Shown here: piece after piece, positions 8,875 through 17,593 of the stretch | How positions within the stretch are numbered: position 1 is the stretch's first letter | How the letters are laid out: each line of letters opens with the position of its first letter | Origin: an uncultured Verrucomicrobiota bacterium | GTDB lineage: Bacteria; Verrucomicrobiota; Verrucomicrobiia; Limisphaerales; J093 | Assembly: GCA_964472515.1 (NCBI GenBank) | Contig: CAYYMW010000020.1 | Span: forward strand, 1-33,958 | Reading direction: 5' to 3' | Length of the DNA stretch: 33,958 nt | Made by a program: the position numbers and the translations under genes | Notes under the pieces: model-generated | Databases searched by the model: none | The model's input: the letters and a program-made list of their open reading frames with translations, nothing else | Told to the model about the DNA's origin: nothing

Positions 8875-10005
8875 TTACCGGTCAATATCGGGGATGACCA
8901 GATCGAGGGAACCCATGAGGGCCAGGGCGTCGGCGAGCAGCATGCCCTGGCTGGCTTCCTCAAACAGGCTGAGGTTGGAGAAGCAAGGCGTCCGGAGTTT
9001 GAGGCGATATGGCGTATCGGTGCCATCACTGACCGCGCGGACCATGAACCGTCCCCGGGCGGCTTCGACGGCGAAGGAGTAGTTGCCGGGCGGCAGTTTG
9101 ACCGTCTTGGGGACGCCCTTGGCCATCACCGGCCCTTCGGCGATCAAGTCGAGGGCCTGGTCAATGATGCGCAGGCTTTGCACTATTTCCTCCATGCGCA
9201 CCAGATAGCGCGCCATGCAATCACCTTCCGGGAAGGTGGGGATGTCGAACTGAAGTTCCGGGTAGATGGAGTACGGTTCGGCGCGCCTTACATCATAGGC
9301 AATGCCGGAGCCGCGGATAACGGGTCCCACCGCGCCGTACTGGCGGCACAGTTCCGGACTAAGCGGGCCAATATTGGTCAGCCGTTTGCGCAGGATCACG
9401 TTGTCGGTGACCAGCGCACGGTACATGCCAAGCCGGGGGCGCATGGAGATGACGAACTCGCGCACGCCCTTGAGAAAGGCGTCATCGACATCGTTGCAGA
9501 GGCCGCCGAAGCGGTAGTAGCAGTAGGTGAGGCGGGAACCAGTAACGCCTTCCAGCAGGTCGAGAATCTTCTCCCGATCATCGAAGGCGTAGAGCAGGGG
9601 GGTGAATCCCCCCAAATCGAGCAGGAAGGCCCCGAACCAAACCAAGTGACTGGAGATCCGGTTGAGCTCCGAGGTGATGACGCGGATGCATTCCGCCCGG
9701 CGCGGCACCTCGATGGCCAGCGCGCGCTCGACCAAACCCACATAAGCGTGGGTGTAGGTCATCGCCGAGAGGTAGTCGATCCGGCTGGTGTTGGGGAGAA
9801 ACTGGGCCCAAGTCCGGTTCTCGCCCATCTTCTCATGCATCCGGTGGATATAACCGGGGACCGGTTCCGCGCGCCGGATGAACTCGCCATCCATGGTCAG
9901 CTTGACCCGCAGCACGCCGTGGGTGGCGGGATGCTGGGGGCCGAGGTTGAGCACGAAGGTCTCCCGTGGGCCGTGCTCCGCCGGAGTAGTTGGCTCGAGA
10001 ATCAC
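8875..10005 (-). CDS. nuoD: NADH-quinone oxidoreductase subunit D (49 kDa)
   Basis: NuoD signature LNLGPQHPATHGVLRV. There are no hydrogenase-type Ni-binding CxxC pairs. The GTG start at 10005 overlaps the nuoC TGA as GTGA, and the N-terminal 119 aa of six-frame ORF 8875..10362 are rejected. Only 14 nt separate its stop from the nuoH start. Confidence 0.88.
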   Translation of the reverse strand: MILEPTTPAEHGPRETFVLNLGPQHPATHGVLRVKLTMDGEFIRRAEPVPGYIHRMHEKMGENRTWAQFLPNTSRIDYLSAMTYTHAYVGLVERALAIEVPRRAECIRVITSELNRISSHLVWFGAFLLDLGGFTPLLYAFDDREKILDLLEGVTGSRLTYCYYRFGGLCNDVDDAFLKGVREFVISMRPRLGMYRALVTDNVILRKRLTNIGPLSPELCRQYGAVGPVIRGSGIAYDVRRAEPYSIYPELQFDIPTFPEGDCMARYLVRMEEIVQSLRIIDQALDLIAEGPVMAKGVPKTVKLPPGNYSFAVEAARGRFMVRAVSDGTDTPYRLKLRTPCFSNLSLFEEASQGMLLADALALMGSLDLVIPDIDR

Positions 10006-10504
10006 GGCTGGAAGTCCTTCTTCAACGGATGGTAATCGGCGTCGTCCGGCAGCAGAAAGGGCGTCAGGTTGGGATTTCCCAGGAAGCGGATGCCGAAGAA
10101 ATCGTGGGTTTCGCGCTCGTGCCAGTCGGCGCCGGGGAAGACCTTCATGACGGTCGGGAGTTCGGCGGCCGATCTGGGAACCCGGGTGCGGACGGCGGCG
10201 CGCCAGCCAGTCAGCGCATGGAAGTAGTCGTAGATGACCTCCATTTGGTCCTGCTTGATCCAGTCGACGCCGGTGATGGTGTCGAAAGCGAAGCCGTAAG
10301 CGGCCAGCAATTCGGCGGCCGCCACGACATGTTCGGGGGTCACGGTGAAATCCAAGTGGCAACCGCTTGGGCCCAGACGGTCGGAGGGCGCCGGGACAGG
10401 CGCAGGGGGAACCGCCGGCGACGGTGCGGGAGCCGCGGCCGCAGGGGCGACCGGCGCCGGAAACTGATCGGCGAACCGGTGGGCAATGGTTTCCGGGGTG
10501 ACGT

Positions 10505-10508
<4 letters not shown>
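10002..10508 (-). CDS. nuoC: NADH-quinone oxidoreductase subunit C (30 kDa)
   Basis: 169-aa protein starting [12 protein letters not shown]. The NuoC core is [25 protein letters not shown]. The ATG at 10508 overlaps the nuoB stop as ATGA. There is an Ala/Pro-rich N-terminal low-complexity stretch. It is not fused to nuoD. Confidence 0.85.
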
Positions 10509-11005
<497 letters not shown>

Positions 11006-11379
11006 AAAACACCTTTCTTCCAAGCGTAGACGATGACGAGCGAGAGAATCCCCACGAACAAGATCAACTCAACCAGATCCCGGTAGGCAAACTGCCGGTT
11101 GTAGACAAGGGCGACCGGAATCAGGAAGAGCACATCGACCGCGAAAGCCACAAAGATCAAAGCGTAAAGGTAGTAGACCGCGCTATAGCGAATCCACGCA
11201 TCCCCAATCGGGTCCATGCCGCATTCCACGACCTGCTCCGCCTTTTGGGCGGCCTGGCGCGTCTCGCGGGGGGAGAGCAGGGCCACGACGACGAATGGAC
11301 CCGCGGCGAACAGAAGTCCGCCGAAGCAGAAAGCCATGACGTAAAGTAAGTCTATCAGATATGCGTCTTCGAGGATCAT

Positions 11380-12117
11380 AGAAGCACTACCGGCCTATCG
11401 CTGCAAATGGTCGTTGCCGCCTTGGCAGGTTCAAATTACGGGAACCGGCCAAAGAGATCAAGCATTCGTTGAAGCCAGGCCGCCGGGCGGGCGCGCTGAT
11501 ACCGGCGCGCGTCGCCACAATCGACTCTGGCCCAAGGCATAGACACGTCATGATCACACCCGTTGATTTGGGGCGCAGAGTCATCGCGGGAAAGGCCCCG
11601 GTTCATCCGCAGAGCCCGGCGGCAAGGGGGCGTCAGCCTTCGCCAACCACCTCTCCAGCGCAGGGGTTTGAAAGTGTAAACTACACGCCGCCAAGGAGCT
11701 TCGGTTGTTCGCGCAGGTTGGCGTCGGTTGGCGGGTGGCTTGCTGGCGACCCATAAAAACTGGACCCAGCATGGCATGAGAGGGATTAAGAATCAAGCGG
11801 TAGCATGGAAGAAATAAGAGATGCGCATGCTGTAATTTATTGAAGAGTAGTGGGAGTGATGAGGTGCGTTAGCGTGAGTCAATTGCGCGGAGAGGTGTCT
11901 GCGGCCGCTTGAGGGCGGATTCTGGCAAAGCGCACCAGGATGGTGCGTGAACGGTGAAGGAGCCCCAGCCAAAGGAACGCCAAAGCCAACAGGACCGGGC
12001 CAACCCGCGCCGGGAGGACAAAACCATCATCCTAATAAACTAAAGGCGAATCACTTATGTATGGGGCTGACTGGGTGTGGTTGGGCGAGGCGTGAAACCG
12101 GGCGCTGGAAATGAAAC
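11380..12117. promoter_or_regulatory. Long non-coding leader/promoter region of the nuo operon with an AT-rich island (about 11765-11875)
   Basis: About 740 bp carry no credible ORF; all six-frame ORFs there are Arg/Pro-rich, low-complexity translations. There is a sharp local GC drop at around 11765-11875, a GTGTAAACTACAC hairpin at 11676-11688, and tandem GGTTGGCG repeats at 11720-11742. Confidence 0.35.
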
Positions 12118-12143
12118 GGGGCTCCACCTTGCGATGGAGCCCC
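12118..12143 (-). terminator. Candidate intrinsic terminator of the ThuA-like gene
   Basis: Perfect 9-bp inverted repeat GGGGCTCCA-N8-TGGAGCCCC, 34 nt downstream (on the minus strand) of the 12177 stop. On the minus strand it is followed by GTTTCATTTCC, a weak U-tract. Confidence 0.45.
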
Positions 12144-12176
12144 TGGCGTACGGTGAGCGGCGGAATCCCCGATGGT

Positions 12177-12920
12177 TCAGTCCTTTCCAGCGACCCAGCG
12201 GATGGCTTGCGCCACGAGCTTTCGATAGCCGGGGTTCTCGTAAGCGAAATGATCGTGCCCGAGCTGGAGGTAGACGATCCGCCCCTTTTTGTACTGATTG
12301 CTCCAGCCGATGACCGGGGCGCTGGTCTTCTCCTTGGTCGTGAGCAGCGGCTTCGAGGTGGGCGCGACGTCGAAGAGGTTGTAGGTCTCGTCCAGGATTT
12401 GAAAGTCCGTGAGGCCCTTCGTGACTGGGTGGGAAGGATCGGCGATGCTCACGGTGAACTTCACCCCGTGTTGGTAGATCGACCGGGCCTTCTCCACCCC
12501 GCGCACCGTCTTCTTGGAGAGGTAGTAACGTCCGCCCAGAATCTTCTCGTACTCGTCCCAGTTCTGGTAGTTGGCCACGCTGTGGTGGAGCGTCACCATG
12601 CCTTTGCCTGCCTTGAACCATTGCTGCAGGTCGGCTTTGGTCTCGTCAGTGATTTCCTGGTGCATGTCGTAAACGACCAGCACGTCGAACTTTGCGGCCG
12701 CTTCAGGGCGGAGATAGGCGTGGGCGTTGGGATGTTCCACGGCGGTGAAGACGATCTCCGGGTTGTCCTTGAAGAGCTGGAAGAACTGGGGCTGCTCGAA
12801 GTCATGCCCGCCCGTGAAAAGCAGCACCCGCAGTTTTCCGCCGTCGGCCGCCGCTGCGGTCGTTGCGAGCCAACCGGTCGCTGCAAGAGCGGCCGCGCAC
12901 CATATCAGCCATCGCTTCAT
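12177..12920 (-). CDS. Secreted ThuA-like (trehalose-utilisation / class I glutamine-amidotransferase-like fold) protein
   Basis: 247 aa with an N-terminal signal peptide (MKRWLIWCAAALAATGWLATTAAAA). ThuA-family blocks are LRVLLFTGGHDF, MVTLHHS and GRIVYLQLGHDHFAYENPGYRKLVAQAIRWVAG. Confidence 0.65.
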   Translation of the reverse strand: MKRWLIWCAAALAATGWLATTAAAADGGKLRVLLFTGGHDFEQPQFFQLFKDNPEIVFTAVEHPNAHAYLRPEAAAKFDVLVVYDMHQEITDETKADLQQWFKAGKGMVTLHHSVANYQNWDEYEKILGGRYYLSKKTVRGVEKARSIYQHGVKFTVSIADPSHPVTKGLTDFQILDETYNLFDVAPTSKPLLTTKEKTSAPVIGWSNQYKKGRIVYLQLGHDHFAYENPGYRKLVAQAIRWVAGKD

Positions 12921-12956
12921 ATTTTGTCCGTTGGGTTGCGAGCCCGTTTCCAGGCT

Positions 12957-15668
12957 CTATTTGCCGCGTGTCACCACGGTTTCCCGTTCCACGTCGTGGA
13001 GGGAGCCGAGCACCTGCACGCGAGTGTCGCCAAAGCCATGATACACCCTGACCTGGCGCGCCGCCTCCAAGGGACGCTTGTCCAGACTCCGCAGCGCAAA
13101 GAGCGGGGCCTGGGCGTAGCGCACGCCCTTCCAGTTGAGTGCATGGAAGGCGGTAAAAGTCGGTGATTCCACCAGGAATCCATAGGGTGGAAGGTGAACG
13201 TTGCCGGCGTAGCGGCTCCGGCAGCGGTAGTTGGCGGCGCCGAAATTGACAAACACCTCGGTGCGATCCTCCCCGGTGCCAAACACACTGTGCTGCACCT
13301 TGCGATCCGCCGTGAGGAACTCGTGCCGGGTCATGGGTTGGCGGCTGGTCAGTTCGTTCAACGGCGAGAGAATCTCGTAGGTGTTCTTCACGAACCGGTC
13401 CATCGGGTGCAGCCCGTCCGACCAGCCCTTGTCGCCGCGGACGAAGAGGCCGGGGTCCAGGCCGGGGGCGGTTCCGGTGTGAGCAACCGGCGCGAAGCGG
13501 GCGCTGCCAGGGCCATCGGCGGTCAGTTCGCCGAGGATATGGCGGCGCTCGCCATCGTCCGGCCCACGGAGGCGCACGCGCTGGCCGCCGGCTTCTTGGA
13601 AGAGGCCGAGGCGGAGTTGGGCGCGGCCGCTGAAGCCCTTGGGGAGGGTTACCCGGGAGGTGTCCTGGTAGGTCTGGCCCGGCTGCCACTGGCTGGTGGG
13701 CACGGCCGGCTCATAGTCGCCTTGGAACAGAATCTTGCCGTCGGCGTCGGTGAAATGCACCAGAACGCGGTAATCCTTGGCCGGGGTCGTTTCCGCCCGC
13801 CAACCGCAGGTGAGGCGCACTTCCACCTGGTCGCCGGGGCCGGCTTTGATGGCGACGCCGTCGATGCCCGGTTGGAGGGCCAGCGGCAGTTGCTCGCTGA
13901 TGGTCTCCTTCCAATACAAGTGGGCGGGGATGTTGTGGTGATTCAGGGTGCGACCGAGGATCAGGTGCTGCAGCACATAGGGCGCGGCGTTCGCGGGCTC
14001 GTAGCCGTACTTGCCGTACATCGCGATGGTGTCCCGATAGACGAGCTCGAAGAGCGGAATCACCGTGGCGCCCAGGTCGCGCTCCAGGTTCTCGTTGTGG
14101 TAAGCATGTCCGCTAACACCGGTCAGGCCCTCGAAGAAATCGCTGTGAGGAATCGCCCATTCGCGACCGCACTCGCTGCCGAAGATGGAGAACTCGCTCC
14201 GCGCATAGTCGGAGAGCGCCTGCTTCCATTTCATGTCCCCAGCCCGATCCAGCGGGTGCTGCGGATCATGGCACTCCATGAGGCCGGAGGCGTAGGTGGT
14301 GTCGATGAAGTAGGCATCGGCGCCGGTCAACCGCTTCACGGCAGGGAGGTTCTGGGGCCGCCGCGCGAGCTCCAAGGCCTTCTGCGAGCAGGTCAGGTAG
14401 GCGCGTCCTCCGGCCCAGACGCCCCCTTTCGCCAGGTTTCCGTCGGGCGTGCGCATCAGGTAGCTCTCGTCCCAAGAGGGCGCGTCGCGGTACATGTCCT
14501 GGTAGTTGTCGTGCAGACCGAAGAGGTAGCCCAACTGGCGGACGCGGCCCGCGCATTCGTGGAACGCAAAGTCACCGCCGCATTCCGGGGCGGCAGGCAG
14601 GATGTCGGGATGCTGGTTGTCGTACCCGCGGTGAATCCAGCCGCCCATCAGGAAGAACACCTTGTCGAGTTGGAGGTCCTGTTTCAGGTGTTCCGCCACC
14701 TGAGCGGCTTCCTCAAAGGTCCAGTTGACCCGCGAGTGCTCCTCCTTGGTGCTGGTCTCGTTCATCTGGCGGTCCAAGGCGCTCCAGAGCTTGAAGTTGA
14801 TGGCGCCGAAGAGCCGGGCGCGCTCGGGATGGCGTTTGAGCTTCTGGTCCCAGGTCACCAGCCAGCCGCGTTCCCTGGCCATTTCCCGGTACGCCTGCCC
14901 AATCTCATTGTAGTCACCCTGGCCCAGCAGGCTGATGCGGCAGTGTGCGGCGCTCCGCCGCAGCACCAAGGAGAGGGAAAGGACATCCCGCCCACCGAAG
15001 CGGCCGCCGAGGGGCTGTTCCTGGCGGACCTCCGCCGTGACGTTGGGATCCTCCCAACTCACCAGGAGGGCCGTGCCGCGTTTGAGCATGCCCGCCATGG
15101 TCAGGTGACAGCCCTCGTAAGCATAGGTATCGAAACTATGCCGGAACGTCTTGCCGCTGCCTGCGGGGATCAGCAGACCTTCGCGCGCGGGGATGACGGC
15201 GGAGCCGCGATCCGCTTCGGTGGTCCAGAACGCTTCGTCCAGCAGTCTCAGGCTCTGAACGGTCAGTGCCTGGTCGGCCAGGTAGGAGAAGTCCAGACTG
15301 CGTTCGTCGGGTCCTCGCCTTATAAATACGGTCACCGCGGCCCCGGACTGATTTGGATCCGGGCGAAACAAGGCCTCCAACCGGTCGGGAAACTCGTGGA
15401 TCTCACACGCGCTCAAAGGTTGCCGGAGCGCCTTGCCGTCCACCACGAGGGTGATTTCGCCAAACCGACTTTGATGGGGATTCGAGCGCCAGACGACGCC
15501 GCTGGCCTTGTCCAGCAGTTGATACTCGCCGTTGGCAGGGCTTAGTTCGAGCCGGTATTGCCCGGTTTCCAGTTGCGCGCGGGGGGCCGCCAAGACGGCC
15601 AGAGAGGCGGCAGCCGTCAGGAGAAGCAGGAACGCCTGTCGGGCCAGAAACCGATGCTGCGAATTCAT
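12957..15668 (-). CDS. Secreted 903-aa protein, putative glycoside-hydrolase-like TIM-barrel protein
   Basis: Has a signal peptide. It is a long ORF that uses the high-GC3 codon style of neighbouring genes. Central blocks (FFLMGGWIHRGYDNQHPD, AYFIDTTYASGLMECHDP, FGSECGREWAIPHSDFFEG) are reminiscent of GH-like TIM-barrel domains (DUF5696-like). A 36-nt gap to the downstream ThuA-like gene suggests an operon. Function is low-confidence. Confidence 0.55.
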   Translation of the reverse strand: MNSQHRFLARQAFLLLLTAAASLAVLAAPRAQLETGQYRLELSPANGEYQLLDKASGVVWRSNPHQSRFGEITLVVDGKALRQPLSACEIHEFPDRLEALFRPDPNQSGAAVTVFIRRGPDERSLDFSYLADQALTVQSLRLLDEAFWTTEADRGSAVIPAREGLLIPAGSGKTFRHSFDTYAYEGCHLTMAGMLKRGTALLVSWEDPNVTAEVRQEQPLGGRFGGRDVLSLSLVLRRSAAHCRISLLGQGDYNEIGQAYREMARERGWLVTWDQKLKRHPERARLFGAINFKLWSALDRQMNETSTKEEHSRVNWTFEEAAQVAEHLKQDLQLDKVFFLMGGWIHRGYDNQHPDILPAAPECGGDFAFHECAGRVRQLGYLFGLHDNYQDMYRDAPSWDESYLMRTPDGNLAKGGVWAGGRAYLTCSQKALELARRPQNLPAVKRLTGADAYFIDTTYASGLMECHDPQHPLDRAGDMKWKQALSDYARSEFSIFGSECGREWAIPHSDFFEGLTGVSGHAYHNENLERDLGATVIPLFELVYRDTIAMYGKYGYEPANAAPYVLQHLILGRTLNHHNIPAHLYWKETISEQLPLALQPGIDGVAIKAGPGDQVEVRLTCGWRAETTPAKDYRVLVHFTDADGKILFQGDYEPAVPTSQWQPGQTYQDTSRVTLPKGFSGRAQLRLGLFQEAGGQRVRLRGPDDGERRHILGELTADGPGSARFAPVAHTGTAPGLDPGLFVRGDKGWSDGLHPMDRFVKNTYEILSPLNELTSRQPMTRHEFLTADRKVQHSVFGTGEDRTEVFVNFGAANYRCRSRYAGNVHLPPYGFLVESPTFTAFHALNWKGVRYAQAPLFALRSLDKRPLEAARQVRVYHGFGDTRVQVLGSLHDVERETVVTRGK

Positions 15669-15834
15669 GGACTTGTGAGATTGCTTTCGATCGTTCGCTG
15701 AACCCTAGGCTAACGAGCAGGCGGTTGTGTGGCGAGCCAAACTTCGCCCCCCTCCGCGGGCACAGGCGAGCCGGTTCCCGCAGCCAGCTTTGTGCTCGCC
15801 TTCCCAGTCGGGGACGGGCTACGTTGGCGGCTGC

Positions 15835-17394
15835 ATGGCTGAGGCGCCTGTCGTTGGTTCGACTCGCAAGACGCTACGGGTCCTTCTTATCGAGGACTCG
15901 GAGTTCGATGCTGTCCTGCTGGTGAACCTGCTGAGGCAGGGAGGGTATGCCATTGCCTATCGGCGGGTTCAGAGTGCGGCGGCGATGGACGAGGCCTTGG
16001 CGGCCCAGGAGTGGGATTTGATCATCTCCGATCATGAAATGCCTGGCTTCAGCGCTCCGGAGGCGCTGGCTATCCTGCAGCGGTCAGGTCGCGATTTGCC
16101 CTTCCTGATTGTCTCCGGCGGCATTGGGGAGGCGACGGCGGTTGCGGCCATGAAGGCGGGGGCCAGCGACTACTTGATCAAAGGGCAGTTGGGCCGCTTG
16201 GTGCCCGCGGTGGAGCGGGAATTGCGGGAGGCGGCCAATCGACGGGCCAAGCGTCAGGCGGAGGCTTCCCTCCGCGAGAGTGAACAGCGTTATCGTCTGC
16301 TTTGGGAGAACTCCCCGGACGCGGTGGTCCTCATGGATGCCGACGGCCGCATCGCCTTCGCCAATCCGGCGGTGGGCACCACTTTCGGGTTCGCGCCCCA
16401 GGGCCTGGTTGGCACGCATTTCGAGGCTTTGCTGGCGGACCGCGGCGTCGGGGGGGATATCCCCGGTCTCTCCAGCCATTGGGAGCCAGGCAAAGGGATG
16501 GTGATGCGCCAGATGGTGGAGACGGTTGGCCTGCACCAGCAAGGCCACGCCATCCCCATCGAAGTCGGGCTCAGCAGCATGGAGATGGAAGGACGCACGT
16601 GGTTCATCGCCTTCATCCGCGACATTACCCAGCGCAGGCAGGCCGAACTCGCCCTGCGCGACACCGAGGAACAATTGTTCGTGGCGCGGGAGATCCAGCA
16701 GCGCCTTTTCCCCCGCAGCTTCCCTGACTGCCCCGGGTATGACATCGCCGGAGCCTCCTACCCGGCGGAGGCGACCGGTGGCGATTACTTCGACTTCTTT
16801 CCCATGCGCGATGGCGGGCAAGGGATTGTCATCGGTGACGTCAGCGGCCATGGGGTCGGCCCGGCCCTGCTCATGGCCGAAACCCGGGCGTATCTCCGGA
16901 TCGTGGCGCTCAACCGGGCGGAGCCTTGCGCCGTGCTCGCCCAGGCCAATCGTGCGTTGGCCGAAGATGTTGGAGGAGAACGCTTTGTGACCGTCCTGCT
17001 AGCACGGTTGGACGCCGCACGGAGGCACTTGACGTACGCCAGTGCCGGTCATCCCGGAGGTTTTTTGCTTGGACCTGACGGAGCGCTCAAGCTGATCCTC
17101 AAGCGCACCGGACTTCCGTTGGGCATCCGTCCGGAGGGGGTTTTCGAGCCGGGCAATCCCATCGATCTGGAGACGGGTGATCTGCTGGTAATGCTCACTG
17201 ACGGGTTTGAGGAAGCCACCGCGCCCGATGGCATGCCCTTTGGGGTGAACCGCGCCCTCGCCCTGGTCAGAGAGCACTGCAACCGCACTGCCAAGGAGAT
17301 TGTGGAGGCCCTCTACCGGGGCGTGCGCGCTTACGCCCAAGGGGAGGCGCAGTTGGACGACCTTACCGCCGTGGTGGTGAAGGTCTTGGGCTAG
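15835..17394 (+). CDS. Response-regulator receiver - PAS - PP2C (SpoIIE/RsbU-type) serine phosphatase
   Basis: REC domain (LRVLLIEDSEFD...LIISDHEMPG...DYLIKG), a PAS segment (RYRLLWENSPDAVVLMDADGRIAFANPA) and a PP2C/SpoIIE domain (GGDYFDF, GDVSGHGVGPALLMAE, YASAGHP, MLTDGF). The start is taken at the ATG at 15835, and the 36-codon upstream extension of the six-frame ORF is rejected. Confidence 0.8.
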   Translation: MAEAPVVGSTRKTLRVLLIEDSEFDAVLLVNLLRQGGYAIAYRRVQSAAAMDEALAAQEWDLIISDHEMPGFSAPEALAILQRSGRDLPFLIVSGGIGEATAVAAMKAGASDYLIKGQLGRLVPAVERELREAANRRAKRQAEASLRESEQRYRLLWENSPDAVVLMDADGRIAFANPAVGTTFGFAPQGLVGTHFEALLADRGVGGDIPGLSSHWEPGKGMVMRQMVETVGLHQQGHAIPIEVGLSSMEMEGRTWFIAFIRDITQRRQAELALRDTEEQLFVAREIQQRLFPRSFPDCPGYDIAGASYPAEATGGDYFDFFPMRDGGQGIVIGDVSGHGVGPALLMAETRAYLRIVALNRAEPCAVLAQANRALAEDVGGERFVTVLLARLDAARRHLTYASAGHPGGFLLGPDGALKLILKRTGLPLGIRPEGVFEPGNPIDLETGDLLVMLTDGFEEATAPDGMPFGVNRALALVREHCNRTAKEIVEALYRGVRAYAQGEAQLDDLTAVVVKVLG

Positions 17395-17460
17395 CTGGAG
17401 GGGCCGCTGTCCGTGAACCCGCTCAGCGTTTTGCTGCGGCAGTGGGGTTTTGAGCAGGAA

Positions 17461-17482
17461 CATATCTTCATATCAAGATATG
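17461..17482. promoter_or_regulatory. AT-rich 22-bp near-perfect palindrome (candidate operator) upstream of metH
   Basis: CATATCTTCATATCAAGATATG matches its own reverse complement at 20 of 22 positions. It lies about 110 bp upstream of the metH ATG in an otherwise GC-rich leader. A TTGACT hexamer follows at 17491-17496. Confidence 0.3.
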
Positions 17483-17593
17483 ATGATTTTTGACTTGTTT
17501 CGCCCCTGATCACGCGTTACCTTCTTCTCTGCGCGCAGCCGGCCACGCCCGCCCGTAAACGCCCGCGTGGGCCGCTCGCGCCCGACGATCAAC

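Noticed and set aside
7419-9029. Six-frame ORF extending nuoI about 390 codons upstream across nuoH; likewise N-terminal extensions of ORFs 8875..10362, 10002..11012, 6563..7285 and 6886..7560
   Set aside because: The upstream portions are Arg/Pro/Gly-rich and overlap well-supported genes in other frames. Internal ATG/GTG codons that form 4-nt overlaps with the upstream stop codon define the real starts.
11387-11796. Small ORFs (65-113 aa, both strands) inside the long region upstream of nuoA
   Set aside because: All are Arg/Pro/Ala-rich with no hydrophobic or structured character and overlap one another. They are more likely non-coding. Retained only as part of the regulatory-region finding.
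13194-15545. 783-aa plus-strand ORF antisense to the 903-aa secreted protein
   Set aside because: Low-complexity G/A/R/V-rich translation. The minus-strand gene has a signal peptide, a balanced amino-acid composition and aromatic-rich blocks.
17395-17593. Possible SAH/SAM/B12 riboswitch in the metH leader
   Set aside because: I could not recognise the conserved cores of these riboswitch classes by eye. Only the AT-rich palindrome stands out. A covariance-model scan would be needed to exclude it properly.
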